The notes beneath the pieces were generated by a model that made no database searches, was not told where the DNA came from, and worked only from the letters and a program-made list of their open reading frames with translations. This document shows, one piece after another, positions 1 to 9,037 of a stretch of DNA of 64,000 bases; within the stretch, counting starts at the first letter, position 1; every line of letters starts with the position of its first letter. The DNA comes from Dehalococcoidia bacterium (GTDB taxonomy: Bacteria; Chloroflexota; Dehalococcoidia; Lucifugimonadales; CAZENU01): contig CBDCQW010000003.1 of NCBI GenBank assembly GCA_965220785.1, positions 702,003 to 766,002 on the forward strand, in the 5' to 3' direction. A program made the position numbers and the translations under genes.

Positions 1-6
1 TACTTC

Positions 7-1653
7 GTGCGGACCGCGGACGGCTACGCGGCGCGCACGGCCGAGGCGGTGGACGAGATAAGGACGCGTCGCCGTCGCCAGGCGGAGTACGCCGCCGACG
101 CGGACGCGCTGATGGAGGCGCTGCGGGAGCGGCGGCTGCCGGACCCGCCGACGAAAAGCCAGGAGGCCCAGCTCCACCATCTGCGCGAGTACGCGGTCCA
201 CGGCGACGACTACGCTCGTGGTCACGCCGCCCGCGACCTGCTCGAACGGGCCGCGACCGGTTCCGGCGACCCGCAGAGGGCCTGCTTCGAGCTTCTCGCC
301 GCCGCCCGGGTGCTCTCCCCCGACGAGCCTCTGGAGCTCGCGCGCGCCGACATACCGCTGGAGCATCCCGCCGACGCTCTGTCCGAGGCCGAGGCGGTAG
401 CCCGCGAGCCGGCCCGGCCCGCCGAGGCCGCCGATCTGACCGGGCTCGGCGTCCTCACGATCGACAACGCGGGTACGCAGGAGCGGGACGACGCGCTGTC
501 GATCGAGGCGGCCGGCGGGTCGACGTTCCGCATCGGAGTCCACGTCGCCTACGCCGGTCTGCTCGTGCCGCGCGGCGGCGCCATGGACCGCGAGGCGGAC
601 CGCCGGATGGCCACGCTGTACCTGCCCGAGCGGCGGATCGACATGCTGCCGCCAGCCTTCTGCCTCGGCGTCGGCAGCCTGGACCCCGCCGAGGACAGGT
701 ACGCCCTGAGCCTGTCGATCGAGCTCTCCGAGTCCGGCGAGCCGGTGAGCTGGGAGCTGAAGCCGTCCCTGGTGCGCAGCGGCGCCGCGCTCTCGTACGA
801 GGACGCCGACCGTGTCCTGGGAGACGAGGCAGAGCCGACACATCCGGCGATCGCCGGTCTCGAGCGCGCCGCTCGCGCGCTGCGGGCCAGACGAGAGGAG
901 GCGGGCGCCGTCAGCCTGGACCAGCCCGAGATGTCGATCAGCGTAGACGAGCATGGCCGCGTTCGCGTGACGGTCACGCGCCGCGACAGTCCCGCCAGGC
1001 AGCTCGTGGCGGAGATGGCGATCCTGTACAACGTGCTCGCGGCCGAGCTGTGCAGGAGCGAGGGGATACCGGCCGTCTACCGGGTGCAGGCCGCCCCCGA
1101 CCTCTCCGGCATCGCCGACTTCCCCGAGCCGCTGAGGCGCTACCAGGCGGCCAGGCGGCTGTTCCCGGCCGACCTCGACTCCGAGCCCGGCCCGCACGGC
1201 GGACTCGGCGTATCCGCGTACCTGCAGGCGACGTCGCCGCTAAGGCGCTACCCCGACCTGGTGATGCAGCGACAGATCGCCCACCACCTCGCCACCGGCG
1301 GGAACCTCTACACCCCCGAGGAGATCGCGTCGGTCATGCAGCGGGCCGAGGTCCAGCTCCGCGAGCTGTCGAGGATCGAGAACGCGCGCAGGCGCTACTG
1401 GTTCCTCAGGTTCCTGCAGACCACCGTGCTGGAGTCCCCCGACCCCTCCGCGGTGAGCCGGGAGTTCGACGCGGTCGTGCTGGAGAACGAGCCCCACCGG
1501 CGAGCGCTGCTGGAGCTGGACGAGTACCCGTTCAGGATGAGGGCGGAGGTGCCCAGGCAGGTCGAGCCGGGCCACCGTGTCGCGCTCGAGCTCCGGGAGG
1601 TCGACCTGTGGCGCCGCCTGGCGCACTTCGTCTACAGCCAACGCGCCCCGTAG
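7..1653 (+). CDS. RNase II/RNase R family 3'-5' exoribonuclease (RNB domain)
   Basis: 548-aa ORF with RNB-type motifs TIDNAGTQERDDALS and SPLRRYPDLVMQRQI. The frame is open back to base 1, so the true 5' end may lie outside the window. Confidence 0.8.
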   Translation: MRTADGYAARTAEAVDEIRTRRRRQAEYAADADALMEALRERRLPDPPTKSQEAQLHHLREYAVHGDDYARGHAARDLLERAATGSGDPQRACFELLAAARVLSPDEPLELARADIPLEHPADALSEAEAVAREPARPAEAADLTGLGVLTIDNAGTQERDDALSIEAAGGSTFRIGVHVAYAGLLVPRGGAMDREADRRMATLYLPERRIDMLPPAFCLGVGSLDPAEDRYALSLSIELSESGEPVSWELKPSLVRSGAALSYEDADRVLGDEAEPTHPAIAGLERAARALRARREEAGAVSLDQPEMSISVDEHGRVRVTVTRRDSPARQLVAEMAILYNVLAAELCRSEGIPAVYRVQAAPDLSGIADFPEPLRRYQAARRLFPADLDSEPGPHGGLGVSAYLQATSPLRRYPDLVMQRQIAHHLATGGNLYTPEEIASVMQRAEVQLRELSRIENARRRYWFLRFLQTTVLESPDPSAVSREFDAVVLENEPHRRALLELDEYPFRMRAEVPRQVEPGHRVALELREVDLWRRLAHFVYSQRAP

Positions 1654-1722
1654 CCCGCCGTTCCTCTTCCTTGACGAGACCTTTGCGTAACTCCCCTTAC
1701 GTAACGGTGGGTGCGCCGCCGT

Positions 1723-1803
1723 CCGTCGTTCCCGTGGAGACGGGAACCCATCCCCTCACCCCTGGATTCCCGCCTGCGCGCGAATGACGGTTATGCAAGG
1801 TCT
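1723..1803. repeat. Two adjacent REP-like hairpin units (CCGTCGTTCCCGTGGAGACGGGAACCCATCCCC, then CCCCTGGATTCCCGCCTGCGCGCGAATGACGG...)
   Basis: First unit recurs inverted at 35945-35976. Second unit recurs at 58231-58276 (about 45 nt nearly identical). Both contain short GC-rich palindromes. Confidence 0.85.
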
Positions 1804-1855
1804 CTTGACGGGAGAGGACTGAGGGAGGGTGACCGGAGCCGATGCCTCGCCGCCC

Positions 1856-1917
1856 AACACAACCCGTTCACCCCGAGTAGCGCCGCTGCTTCAGCGGCGC
1901 GTATCGAGGGGCGCGGT
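1856..1917. repeat. REP unit of the CTCAGGGTGAACGGGTT / TATCGAAGGGC family (inverted orientation)
   Basis: AACCCGTTCACCCCGAGTAGCGCCGCTGCTTCAGCGGCGCGTATCGAGGGGCGCG. Same architecture (conserved arms around a variable hairpin) as units at 33.85-34.03 kb and 52.85-53.29 kb. Confidence 0.85.
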
Positions 1918-1945
1918 CAAGGCCTGACCAGCACGTGAGAGGGCG

Positions 1946-2368
1946 CTATCCCCCCTCCAGCGGGACGGCCGCCGTCGCCGATATCTCGACCAGCGCCTCG
2001 GAGCCGCCCAGGGACGCGATGTTCACCAGCGTCGAGCACGGGTAGCCGCCGTTGGGGTAGAGCTCGCGAAAGACCTCCGCCCGTGTCTCGAGGAATGGGT
2101 CCACCGAGTCCACGCCCACGAGATAGATGGTGAACTCGACCACGTCCTCGAATCCGGCGCACGACCCCTCCAGCACCTTGCCCAGGTTGTGGAACACCTG
2201 CCGCGTCTGGGCCGCGGCGTCCCCCTCGCCCACGAAATTGCCGTCGGGGCCGCCCGCGGTCTGGCCCGAGACGAACAGCAGGTCGGACCCCGACACTCTG
2301 ACCGCGTGAGAGTACAACCCCGTAGGCGGGGCGACGCCTTCGGCGATGATCCGGCGGAGCTTGGTCAC
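1946..2368 (-). CDS. ridA: RidA/YjgF family reactive-intermediate deaminase
   Basis: 140 aa with the typical family N-terminus PPTGLYSHAVRVSGSDLLFVSGQTA and typical length. Confidence 0.8.
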   Translation of the reverse strand: MTKLRRIIAEGVAPPTGLYSHAVRVSGSDLLFVSGQTAGGPDGNFVGEGDAAAQTRQVFHNLGKVLEGSCAGFEDVVEFTIYLVGVDSVDPFLETRAEVFRELYPNGGYPCSTLVNIASLGGSEALVEISATAAVPLEGG

Positions 2369-2398
2369 GGCGGCCCTCCTGGCGTCAGCGAGAATCTT

Positions 2399-2809
2399 CT
2401 AGGTCCTGAAGACGACCCCGTCGGGCTCCACGCTGACGATGACGCGGTCTTCCCGCCGCAGCGTGGCCATCCGGGCTTCGACCCCGTCCGGCTCGACGTA
2501 GCGCTCCACGATGGCGCGGGTGTCCTCCCATATCGAGTCGTCGTCCCTGATCTCCGCGCGGCCCCGCACCGTCACGTACTCCTCGGCCATCGGCTCGGAG
2601 CAGACGCAGACCGCGACCCGGCCGTCGCGCACCAGGTTGCGGTGCTTGACGCGCTGTTTGGTAGTCGAGACGAGCAGCCGCCCGTCCGAGTACACGTACC
2701 AGTTCGGCGTGAGCTGCGGCATGCCGCCGCGGCCGATCGTCGCCACGACGGCGATTCTCGGGGGCGCGAGGAACTCCGCGAGCCTGGACCGCTCTTCAGG
2801 GCCGATCAT
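2399..2809 (-). CDS. PPOX-class (pyridoxamine 5'-phosphate oxidase fold) probable F420-dependent enzyme
   Basis: 136 aa. Pattern VVATIGRGGMPQLTPNWYVYSDGRLLVSTTKQRVKHRNLVRDGRVAVCV is typical of split-barrel PPOX-class proteins. Confidence 0.7.
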   Translation of the reverse strand: MIGPEERSRLAEFLAPPRIAVVATIGRGGMPQLTPNWYVYSDGRLLVSTTKQRVKHRNLVRDGRVAVCVCSEPMAEEYVTVRGRAEIRDDDSIWEDTRAIVERYVEPDGVEARMATLRREDRVIVSVEPDGVVFRT

Positions 2810-2835
2810 CTGTCGCGGCTCTCCATCGGCTTCCC

Positions 2836-4443
2836 CTACCTCAGCAGGATGGCGTCGTTGGCTATGGGCCAGTTGAACGGGTGAAACTCGATGCCGTCCA
2901 CGGAGTCGCGCAGGGACACGAAGACGGGCATGAAGACCGGAATGATCGTGGGCACGTCGTCGATCAGGATTTGCTGGATCTGCTCGTAGGTGGCCCGGCG
3001 CTCCGCTTCGTCGAGCTGAGTGCGCGCCAGCTTGATCAGGTCGTCCAGCTCAGGGTTGCTGTAGTTGGACGCGTTCAGGGGCGAGTCGGACCGGTACATC
3101 AGGGCCAGCGTCTCGTCCGGCAGGCCCTGGTTCCACGTCATCGTCGCGAACGACTCCTTCAGCCACACGTCCGGGACGTAACCCCGCTCCGCCGACTCCT
3201 CGATTTCGACCCTGAATCCGGCCGGCTCCACCATCTCCTTGATGGCCGCGGCTATGGCCGCCATGCCCGGCCGCACTGAGCTCGTGTGTAGCGTCACGTC
3301 GACCCCGCCGCCGAAGCCCGCCTCCGCCAGCAGCGCCTTGGCGGCGTCCACGTCGAACTCCGCCGCCTGCTGCCCCGACCAGTAGAGGGGATCGGAGGGC
3401 GCTATCGGATGGTCGTTGGCGACCACGCCGTCGCCGCCCAGCACCTCGTCGACCAGGGCCTGCCGGTCTATGGCCGCCCTGAACGCCTGGCGCACCTGCT
3501 TGTTGTCGAACGGCGCCGAGGTCACGTCCATCGTCAGGCTTACGAACGACGAGGCCGGTATCTGGGTGACGATCACCGAGTCCGTCCCCTCCAGTTTCTT
3601 GGCCTCGCTCGCCTCGATCGGAAATACGATGTGCACCTGCCCGGCCGAGAGGCCCGAGATGCGGGTCTTGAGCGCCGGCGTCGCCAGGAACGTGAGTTGG
3701 TTCAGCCGCGGCTGGCCCTCCGCCCAGTAGTCTTCGTACTTCTTCAGGACCGTCCGTGAGCCGCCAGAGTGGTGCTCGATCTGGAACGGGCCCGTGCCGA
3801 TCGCGGAGCTGATCCGGTCGTCCGGCTCCTTGCCGGCCGCGACGATCTTCGCCTGCGTTATCGCGACCAGCTCAGGAAGCAGCGAGCTTGGCGCCGAGAG
3901 ATCGAACCGCACCGTCGCCGGGTCCACCGCGACGACGTCCTCGATGATGTCCAGGACCGGCAGCGCGGGGGACTCCATCTCCGGGTCCAGCAGGCGCTTG
4001 AACGTGGCGACGACGTCCTCGGACGTGAATTCCTTCCCGTTGTGGAACTTGACGCCCGACCGCAGCGTAAACGTCCACTGCGTGCTGTCCGCGTTCGGTT
4101 GCCACGACTCGGCGAGCTGCGGCCCCAGCGTGCCGTCGACGCCCCGGACCACGAGATTCTCGAAGAGCGCCTGCGCCACGTATACGTCCGGGTTCGTCAG
4201 GGCCTTGGCCGGGTCCAGGGTCGTGAAGTCGGGGCTCGTCGTGATCAGCAGCGTCACGAGCTGCAGCCGCTCCCGCCCGCCGTCCCCCGGTTGCGGAGTG
4301 CCAGCGCCTCCCGCGACCGCCGGGTCGGGCGTGGCGGTGCCCGCGGGAGTGCCGCCGCCGCAGGCAGCGAGCAGCGCCGCGCAGACCAAGACCATTGGGA
4401 CCAGGTACGTCAACGCCCGCCCGCGGTGGGGAAAAGTCCTCAT
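2836..4443 (-). CDS. ABC transporter substrate-binding protein, family 5 (peptide/nickel type), lipoprotein
   Basis: Start chosen at MRTFPHRG, giving the signal plus lipobox LLAACGG. Length and sequence are typical of SBP_bac_5. The ORF-track start at 4512 is an upstream extension. Confidence 0.8.
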   Translation of the reverse strand: MRTFPHRGRALTYLVPMVLVCAALLAACGGGTPAGTATPDPAVAGGAGTPQPGDGGRERLQLVTLLITTSPDFTTLDPAKALTNPDVYVAQALFENLVVRGVDGTLGPQLAESWQPNADSTQWTFTLRSGVKFHNGKEFTSEDVVATFKRLLDPEMESPALPVLDIIEDVVAVDPATVRFDLSAPSSLLPELVAITQAKIVAAGKEPDDRISSAIGTGPFQIEHHSGGSRTVLKKYEDYWAEGQPRLNQLTFLATPALKTRISGLSAGQVHIVFPIEASEAKKLEGTDSVIVTQIPASSFVSLTMDVTSAPFDNKQVRQAFRAAIDRQALVDEVLGGDGVVANDHPIAPSDPLYWSGQQAAEFDVDAAKALLAEAGFGGGVDVTLHTSSVRPGMAAIAAAIKEMVEPAGFRVEIEESAERGYVPDVWLKESFATMTWNQGLPDETLALMYRSDSPLNASNYSNPELDDLIKLARTQLDEAERRATYEQIQQILIDDVPTIIPVFMPVFVSLRDSVDGIEFHPFNWPIANDAILLR

Positions 4444-4728
4444 CGTAGTGTCTCCGTCTGCAAGTCTGTGTGGATTTCTCTTTGACTGCGAGTGTAAGTA
4501 TCGCCCATGCACCTTGTCAACGATAACCTCAATCCCGGCAAGTGTCGCCCTGAACGAAGTGAAGGGCCTGGGGTGAGGAGAGACCGCGTCGTCAGCCAGG
4601 TCGAGGGACCCCTCCCCAGGTCCCTCTCTCCGATCGGGACGACAGGGCGTGGCCGCGGGCGAGGCGTGTTAAGATTCCACGCGCTACCGGCTGAGCCGTC
4701 AACGAGGGTGCCCCGACTGGAGGTCGAC

Positions 4729-5838
4729 ATGTCCAACTACACGGTCGCGATCATAGGAACCGGCAGGGTCGGAGCCCAGTTCGACTTCGTTCCCAAGCTT
4801 CCCGACAACCACGCCGACGCCATAGTCGCGAACGACTCGTTCACACTGGTCGCCGGAGTCAATCGCGGGCGCGACAAGCTGGACCTGTTCGGCAAACGCT
4901 ACGGCATAGACGCTCTCTACCACGACTACCGGCGGATGCTGGAAGAGGTCGGCCCGGACGTCTGCATCGTCGCCACGCACCCGGAGCTGCACCGCGAGAT
5001 GGTCGAGGGCTGCGCCGCCGCGTCGACGACGCGGGCGATCATCTGCGAGAAGCCGATGGCCCTGTCGCTCGAGGAGTGCGACGCCATGATCGACGCCTGC
5101 GCGCGCGCAGGCGTCCTGCTGCAGATCAACCACAACCGCCGCTGGCACCCCCACTGGCTCAGGGTCAAGGAGCTCGTCGACTCGGGCGCCATCGGGACCC
5201 TGAACCACGTCTACTGCTACATGGACGGCGGCAAGCCCGCCCCCTGGTGGCGTGCCGAGAACGAGGGGCCCCTGCTGCACGACTTCACCCACTACTTCGA
5301 CCTGCTGGACATGTACGTCGGCGACGTCGACTGGCTGTGCGGCATGGCCGAGCAGCGCAGCCGGCCCTGGGCCGTCGAGGACTTCACCGCGGCGTTCATC
5401 AAGTTCAAGAGCGGGGTTACCGCGCTGGCCTCGGGAGCCGAGCTCAGCGACTACGACGACAGCGGCATGGAGCTCAGGGGCTCCACCGGCGTCATTCGCT
5501 ACGGCAGAAACGGCTTCGAGCTCCTCCAGTCCGAGCCCGACGTCTACGAGCCGGACAGCGGCTTCCAGTGGAGCACGCTGCAGCCCAGGGACATGGAGCT
5601 GCCCCCGGACAACTCCACCTACGTCGCGGCCCTCGAGGAGCTCGCCGGCGCCCTGGACGGCAAAAACGCCCTCCGCAGCGACGGAGAGGTCGGCCGCCGC
5701 TCGCTCGAGATCGTCATGGGCATCTACCAGTCCCAGCTCGAAGGCTGCGCCCCCGTGCGCTTCCCCGTCTCGCTCACCTCATCCGGCGTGGGTGCGCTGC
5801 GGTCGGCCGGGCACTTCGTGGAGCGCTCCGAGGGCTGA
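4729..5838 (+). CDS. Gfo/Idh/MocA family oxidoreductase
   Basis: Start at MSNYTVAIIGTGRVG (Rossmann GxGxxG) preceded by GGAGG. The upstream 74 codons of the track ORF run through a REP-like intergenic region. Confidence 0.8.
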   Translation: MSNYTVAIIGTGRVGAQFDFVPKLPDNHADAIVANDSFTLVAGVNRGRDKLDLFGKRYGIDALYHDYRRMLEEVGPDVCIVATHPELHREMVEGCAAASTTRAIICEKPMALSLEECDAMIDACARAGVLLQINHNRRWHPHWLRVKELVDSGAIGTLNHVYCYMDGGKPAPWWRAENEGPLLHDFTHYFDLLDMYVGDVDWLCGMAEQRSRPWAVEDFTAAFIKFKSGVTALASGAELSDYDDSGMELRGSTGVIRYGRNGFELLQSEPDVYEPDSGFQWSTLQPRDMELPPDNSTYVAALEELAGALDGKNALRSDGEVGRRSLEIVMGIYQSQLEGCAPVRFPVSLTSSGVGALRSAGHFVERSEG

Positions 5839-5884
5839 CGGGGTGCGGCAGGGCCGCCGCGAAGATCGCTGGGCCGACTCGGCG

Positions 5885-6150
5885 AAACTGTTCCATTCCG
5901 TTCCAAAGTGTTCCATCCCTATCTGGGCGGTGGAACACTTTTTCGAGAAATGGAACAGCGGGTGTTCCACGTTTCGTATCTGAGATGGAACAGGGCGGGA
6001 GCAAATGGGACACTGGTGTTCCATCGGCGTAAGGCCCGCGCTCTCGCCGGTCCTCTCCCATCTTGGGAGCGGAGGCGAGACGGGGGCAGGGGGAACCTTT
6101 CGTCAAGTCCATGGGCGGGCAGAGTAGCACGGATGTGCTGTCGGGTGCAA
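5885..6150 (-). repeat. TGGAACA-hairpin element, copy A (candidate sRNA gene, minus-strand sense)
   Basis: The reverse complement aligns over about 150 nt with 16804-16961 and 53414-53561. Promoter-like TTGCAC-N18-TACTCT lies on the minus strand at 6150-6121. Confidence 0.9.
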
Positions 6151-6401
6151 GGGGCGGAAGCTGTCTGAACCGGGATTATCATGATTAGAGGATTTTCATG
6201 ATTGGGCTCCCCTGAAGTCCGGTACATCCTGATTCGGGCGGGCCGCCTTATGGCACAGCGAGGGAAGGAGGGTTGCAAACCCTCCCCTACGGGTAACTCG
6301 CGACCTTCGGCCGGGCGCCGGTCAGCACAGGGTGATGCCCCGATACCCACCTTCGCGGGTATGACGGCAGCATGGTTATTGGCTAAGAATCGGAGGGCGC
6401 G

Positions 6402-6677
6402 ATGGACGTGAAGGAGGCGGTTCGGCTGGCGAAGTCGTACGTTGCCGACCTCTTCGAAGCTGAGCAGATCACGAACGTCGGCCTCGAAGAGATCGAGTTC
6501 GACGAGATGTCGAATTGTTGGAACGTCACCATCGGCTTCTCACGGCCTTGGGAACAGAGCGGCCCACTCGCTACCGCGCTGGCAGAGAAAAGCCCCGCGC
6601 GCTCCTACAAGATCGTTCGCATCAATGACCAGAGTCAGCAATTCAAGTCCATCACGGACCGCTTCTTGGAAGCTTAA
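6402..6677 (+). CDS. hypothetical small protein
   Basis: 91-aa ORF with coding-like composition and no family recognised. First gene of the lower-G+C island. Confidence 0.5.
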   Translation: MDVKEAVRLAKSYVADLFEAEQITNVGLEEIEFDEMSNCWNVTIGFSRPWEQSGPLATALAEKSPARSYKIVRINDQSQQFKSITDRFLEA

Positions 6678-6747
6678 TCCGAGGCAGGCGTGGCGGCTTG
6701 ACAACCCCATTAGCTATAGGATTAGCTAATCGCATCATCGGGGGGAA

Positions 6748-6987
6748 ATGGCGATGGCGACCGTCAACGTCCACGAAGCCAAGACCAACCTGTCCCGTCT
6801 CCTTGCCCGGGTCGAGGCGGGGGAGGATGTCGTCATCGCCCGCAACGGCAAGCCCGTCGCCCGGCTCGTGAGCTGCAAGCCAAGGGCCAAGCCCCAACCC
6901 GACGTCCTGAAGGGCAAGGTCGTCATCGACGACAGCTTCTTCGATCCGCTCCCGGAGGAGGAGCTGAGGGCGTGGGAGGGCCGATAG
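6748..6987 (+). CDS. Phd/YefM family type II antitoxin
   Basis: N-terminus VNVHEAKTNLSRLLARVEAGEDVVIARNGKPVARLV is the canonical Phd/YefM signature. Confidence 0.85.
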   Translation: MAMATVNVHEAKTNLSRLLARVEAGEDVVIARNGKPVARLVSCKPRAKPQPDVLKGKVVIDDSFFDPLPEEELRAWEGR

Positions 6988-7180
6988 CGCTGCGGCCCCC
7001 TTGGAAGCGCAAGCGCTTCTGTGGTGGGCCACGGACAGCGACAGAGGAGGACACGCGAGCGGAGCCCTGTGCATCACCTGGCTGACGCGACCCTCGGAGA
7101 CGGCCCAGCCAGAGGGTCAGATGTTTGCGGGGGATCATCGGGTGATCGGCCCATCGAGTTTGTTAGCGTTCCTCGACCTC
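6968..7180 (+). pseudogene. possible decayed PIN (VapC-like) toxin remnant
   Basis: Directly after the antitoxin, the frame reads PLEAQALLWWATDSDR, resembling the VapC N-terminus LLDT(H/Q)ALLWW with the catalytic Asp lost. No ATG/GTG start and no recognisable PIN sequence downstream. Confidence 0.3.
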
Positions 7181-7634
7181 TTAAAGCGGTACTGTCCGCT
7201 CCCATCGCGAAACGCCGTCGCCTGTCAGATAGTCAAACACACCGCTTCCCGGCGGGCCGCTGGGGATGATGGCGAATGCAAAGGTGTTGGCGTTGGCCGA
7301 CACAGCGCCGAACGACCTTTCGTGATGCACTTCGTCCGTCGTCACCGGATATCGGTGATCCCCAAGGAGGTGCCAGGCGCTTCCGTCTAGCCTGCAAAAG
7401 GACGTCAGCTCGGTAGTGTCTCTGTCCAAGGCCAAGGCTGGTTGCCGCTTCGCGAAGCGCTGCAACGGCGAAGAGCATGGCTCCACTTGGTACAGAACTA
7501 ACGTAGACTCTCCTAGGGCGAAAGTCCCGTTGTGCCCGAGTGACGATGTGCGCTAGTCTTTGCCATACACCCGACCAGTTTGCAATGTGGACTGGAGCTA
7601 AGCCGGTAGGGTAGCCGATGCAATGATATTCTGA

Positions 7635-8987
7635 CTAACGGATGAAGTGGGGTAAGTCCTGATATTTGCTTATAGTTTGGTCAACCAGACTCTGCGAGAC
7701 CTCGGCGAACTCAAACTTCACAAATAGCGAGCTTGCTATGTCGTGAACCAGTTGCACTAGTTGTCCTCTTATTAGGTCTGTTGTGACTTTACCTTGCCAT
7801 TCGTGAGCATCCACGTTGCTTGTTCTCCGAAAGTCTATGAAGGATGGATAATCAAGCACGGACGTATACAAGGTCCGCCGATGAAGCCCTCTGTGTTTGA
7901 TTGCCACTGAAAAACTTTCATTAGGCGCAATACCCAATTCCTCGTAGAGAAGTGCACCATGCAACAGCGCCCTAGCGATTCTAAAGATTGCCAGGTCGAA
8001 CCATAATGACCTCTTCGGATGGCCTAAGCTTGAAGAAAAAAATGGTGCCTCATAGTCTTCTCGAAAGAAAGCGGAGGAAAAGCAGGCACCATCTTGCGCA
8101 AGATGCCAATGGTCTGTCCCCGCAGGAGCTTTAGGCTCTGTTCGGCTTTCGATGCCGTCCTCCGCAGGAACGAGTTGGCTACTGTCAAACCACTCCGTGT
8201 AAGGCAGTTTTGCAGATACGGCTGCCCTTCGAAGTTCCTGAATGGTCCATCTTGAATCCCGTGGGCGAATCAACACTTGACCTGACTCCATGTAGCCGCC
8301 CCCGTCTGGTAGCGACTCCTTGGTCGTCAAATCAACCCGTCGTTTGACCATCCATTCATTCAATGCCTCCTTCATGTCCCCAGCAGGGGTTGCATCGCCT
8401 GCGTTCATGCGACGGAACAAGTCGACAAATTCTGATAGAAATTCGTCCCGCCGTTGCGAAACGCATCGCCTGAGCAAGTCCTCCCACTCTGATGGAGTTT
8501 GAATCTCAGAAGTCGCCGCTCCTGGTCTTCGGATGTACACCTTGCCTGTTTGCAGAATTGGTTGGTTTGCGTCGGACATGCCTTTGGTTGACCGACAGAT
8601 GAAGGGAGTCTTTTCAAGTCCCTGTATTCGAATGATTGGGTGGGGAAGTTGGGTCTTGGGATGGATCTCCATGAAGACTGTTAGCCGTATACCGCGGTCT
8701 CCATGAATATACTTGTCGACTGCGGCGCTCAGTCGAGTCGTATCGTAGGTGGCGGCGATCTCTTGTGAGTGATTGAGGTCAACCTGGAGAGTATCGTCAC
8801 TGTACCCGATTACGATCCACCCACCACCAACATTTGCCATTCCAAAGATGTGCTTTACCAATCTCAAGCCGAACGCCGTGTTGTCATCAAAGGGGACGGC
8901 TGACTTGTACTCCACGTCTTGGCGTTCACCGGGTGACGTAAGTAGGGACTTCCTGAAGTCAGCCACACCGGACTGGTCGGTGGTCAT
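7635..8987 (-). CDS. AlbA_2 (Schlafen-like divergent AAA/DNA-binding) domain protein with unknown about 300-aa C-terminal region
   Basis: N-terminal GERQDVEYKSAV...VKHIFGMANVGGGWIVIGY matches the AlbA_2 pattern (E-x-E/K-F/Y-K ... AfaNt-GG-liiG). G+C is clearly lower than the genome background. Confidence 0.65.
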   Translation of the reverse strand: MTTDQSGVADFRKSLLTSPGERQDVEYKSAVPFDDNTAFGLRLVKHIFGMANVGGGWIVIGYSDDTLQVDLNHSQEIAATYDTTRLSAAVDKYIHGDRGIRLTVFMEIHPKTQLPHPIIRIQGLEKTPFICRSTKGMSDANQPILQTGKVYIRRPGAATSEIQTPSEWEDLLRRCVSQRRDEFLSEFVDLFRRMNAGDATPAGDMKEALNEWMVKRRVDLTTKESLPDGGGYMESGQVLIRPRDSRWTIQELRRAAVSAKLPYTEWFDSSQLVPAEDGIESRTEPKAPAGTDHWHLAQDGACFSSAFFREDYEAPFFSSSLGHPKRSLWFDLAIFRIARALLHGALLYEELGIAPNESFSVAIKHRGLHRRTLYTSVLDYPSFIDFRRTSNVDAHEWQGKVTTDLIRGQLVQLVHDIASSLFVKFEFAEVSQSLVDQTISKYQDLPHFIR

Positions 8988-9037
8988 ATGTTGATATCTC
9001 CTACAGGGTCAAGCTGAACTGCCCCGGGGGTAGCGCT

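Noticed and set aside
5774-6168. Short ORFs translating the TGGAACA element (peptides such as MEHFGTEWNS and VFHFSKKCSTAQIG, seen again at 16836-17042 and 53138-53758)
   Set aside because: Conservation is at the nucleotide level and includes palindromes. The frames differ and are broken between copies. There are no start or RBS contexts, so they are non-coding.
7001-7634. ORFs 7001-7390, 7181-7486 and 7233-7478 between the antitoxin and the AlbA_2 gene
   Set aside because: They are mutually overlapping with no recognisable families and no convincing starts. The region is treated as decayed sequence, with only the first ~20 codons noted as a possible PIN remnant.
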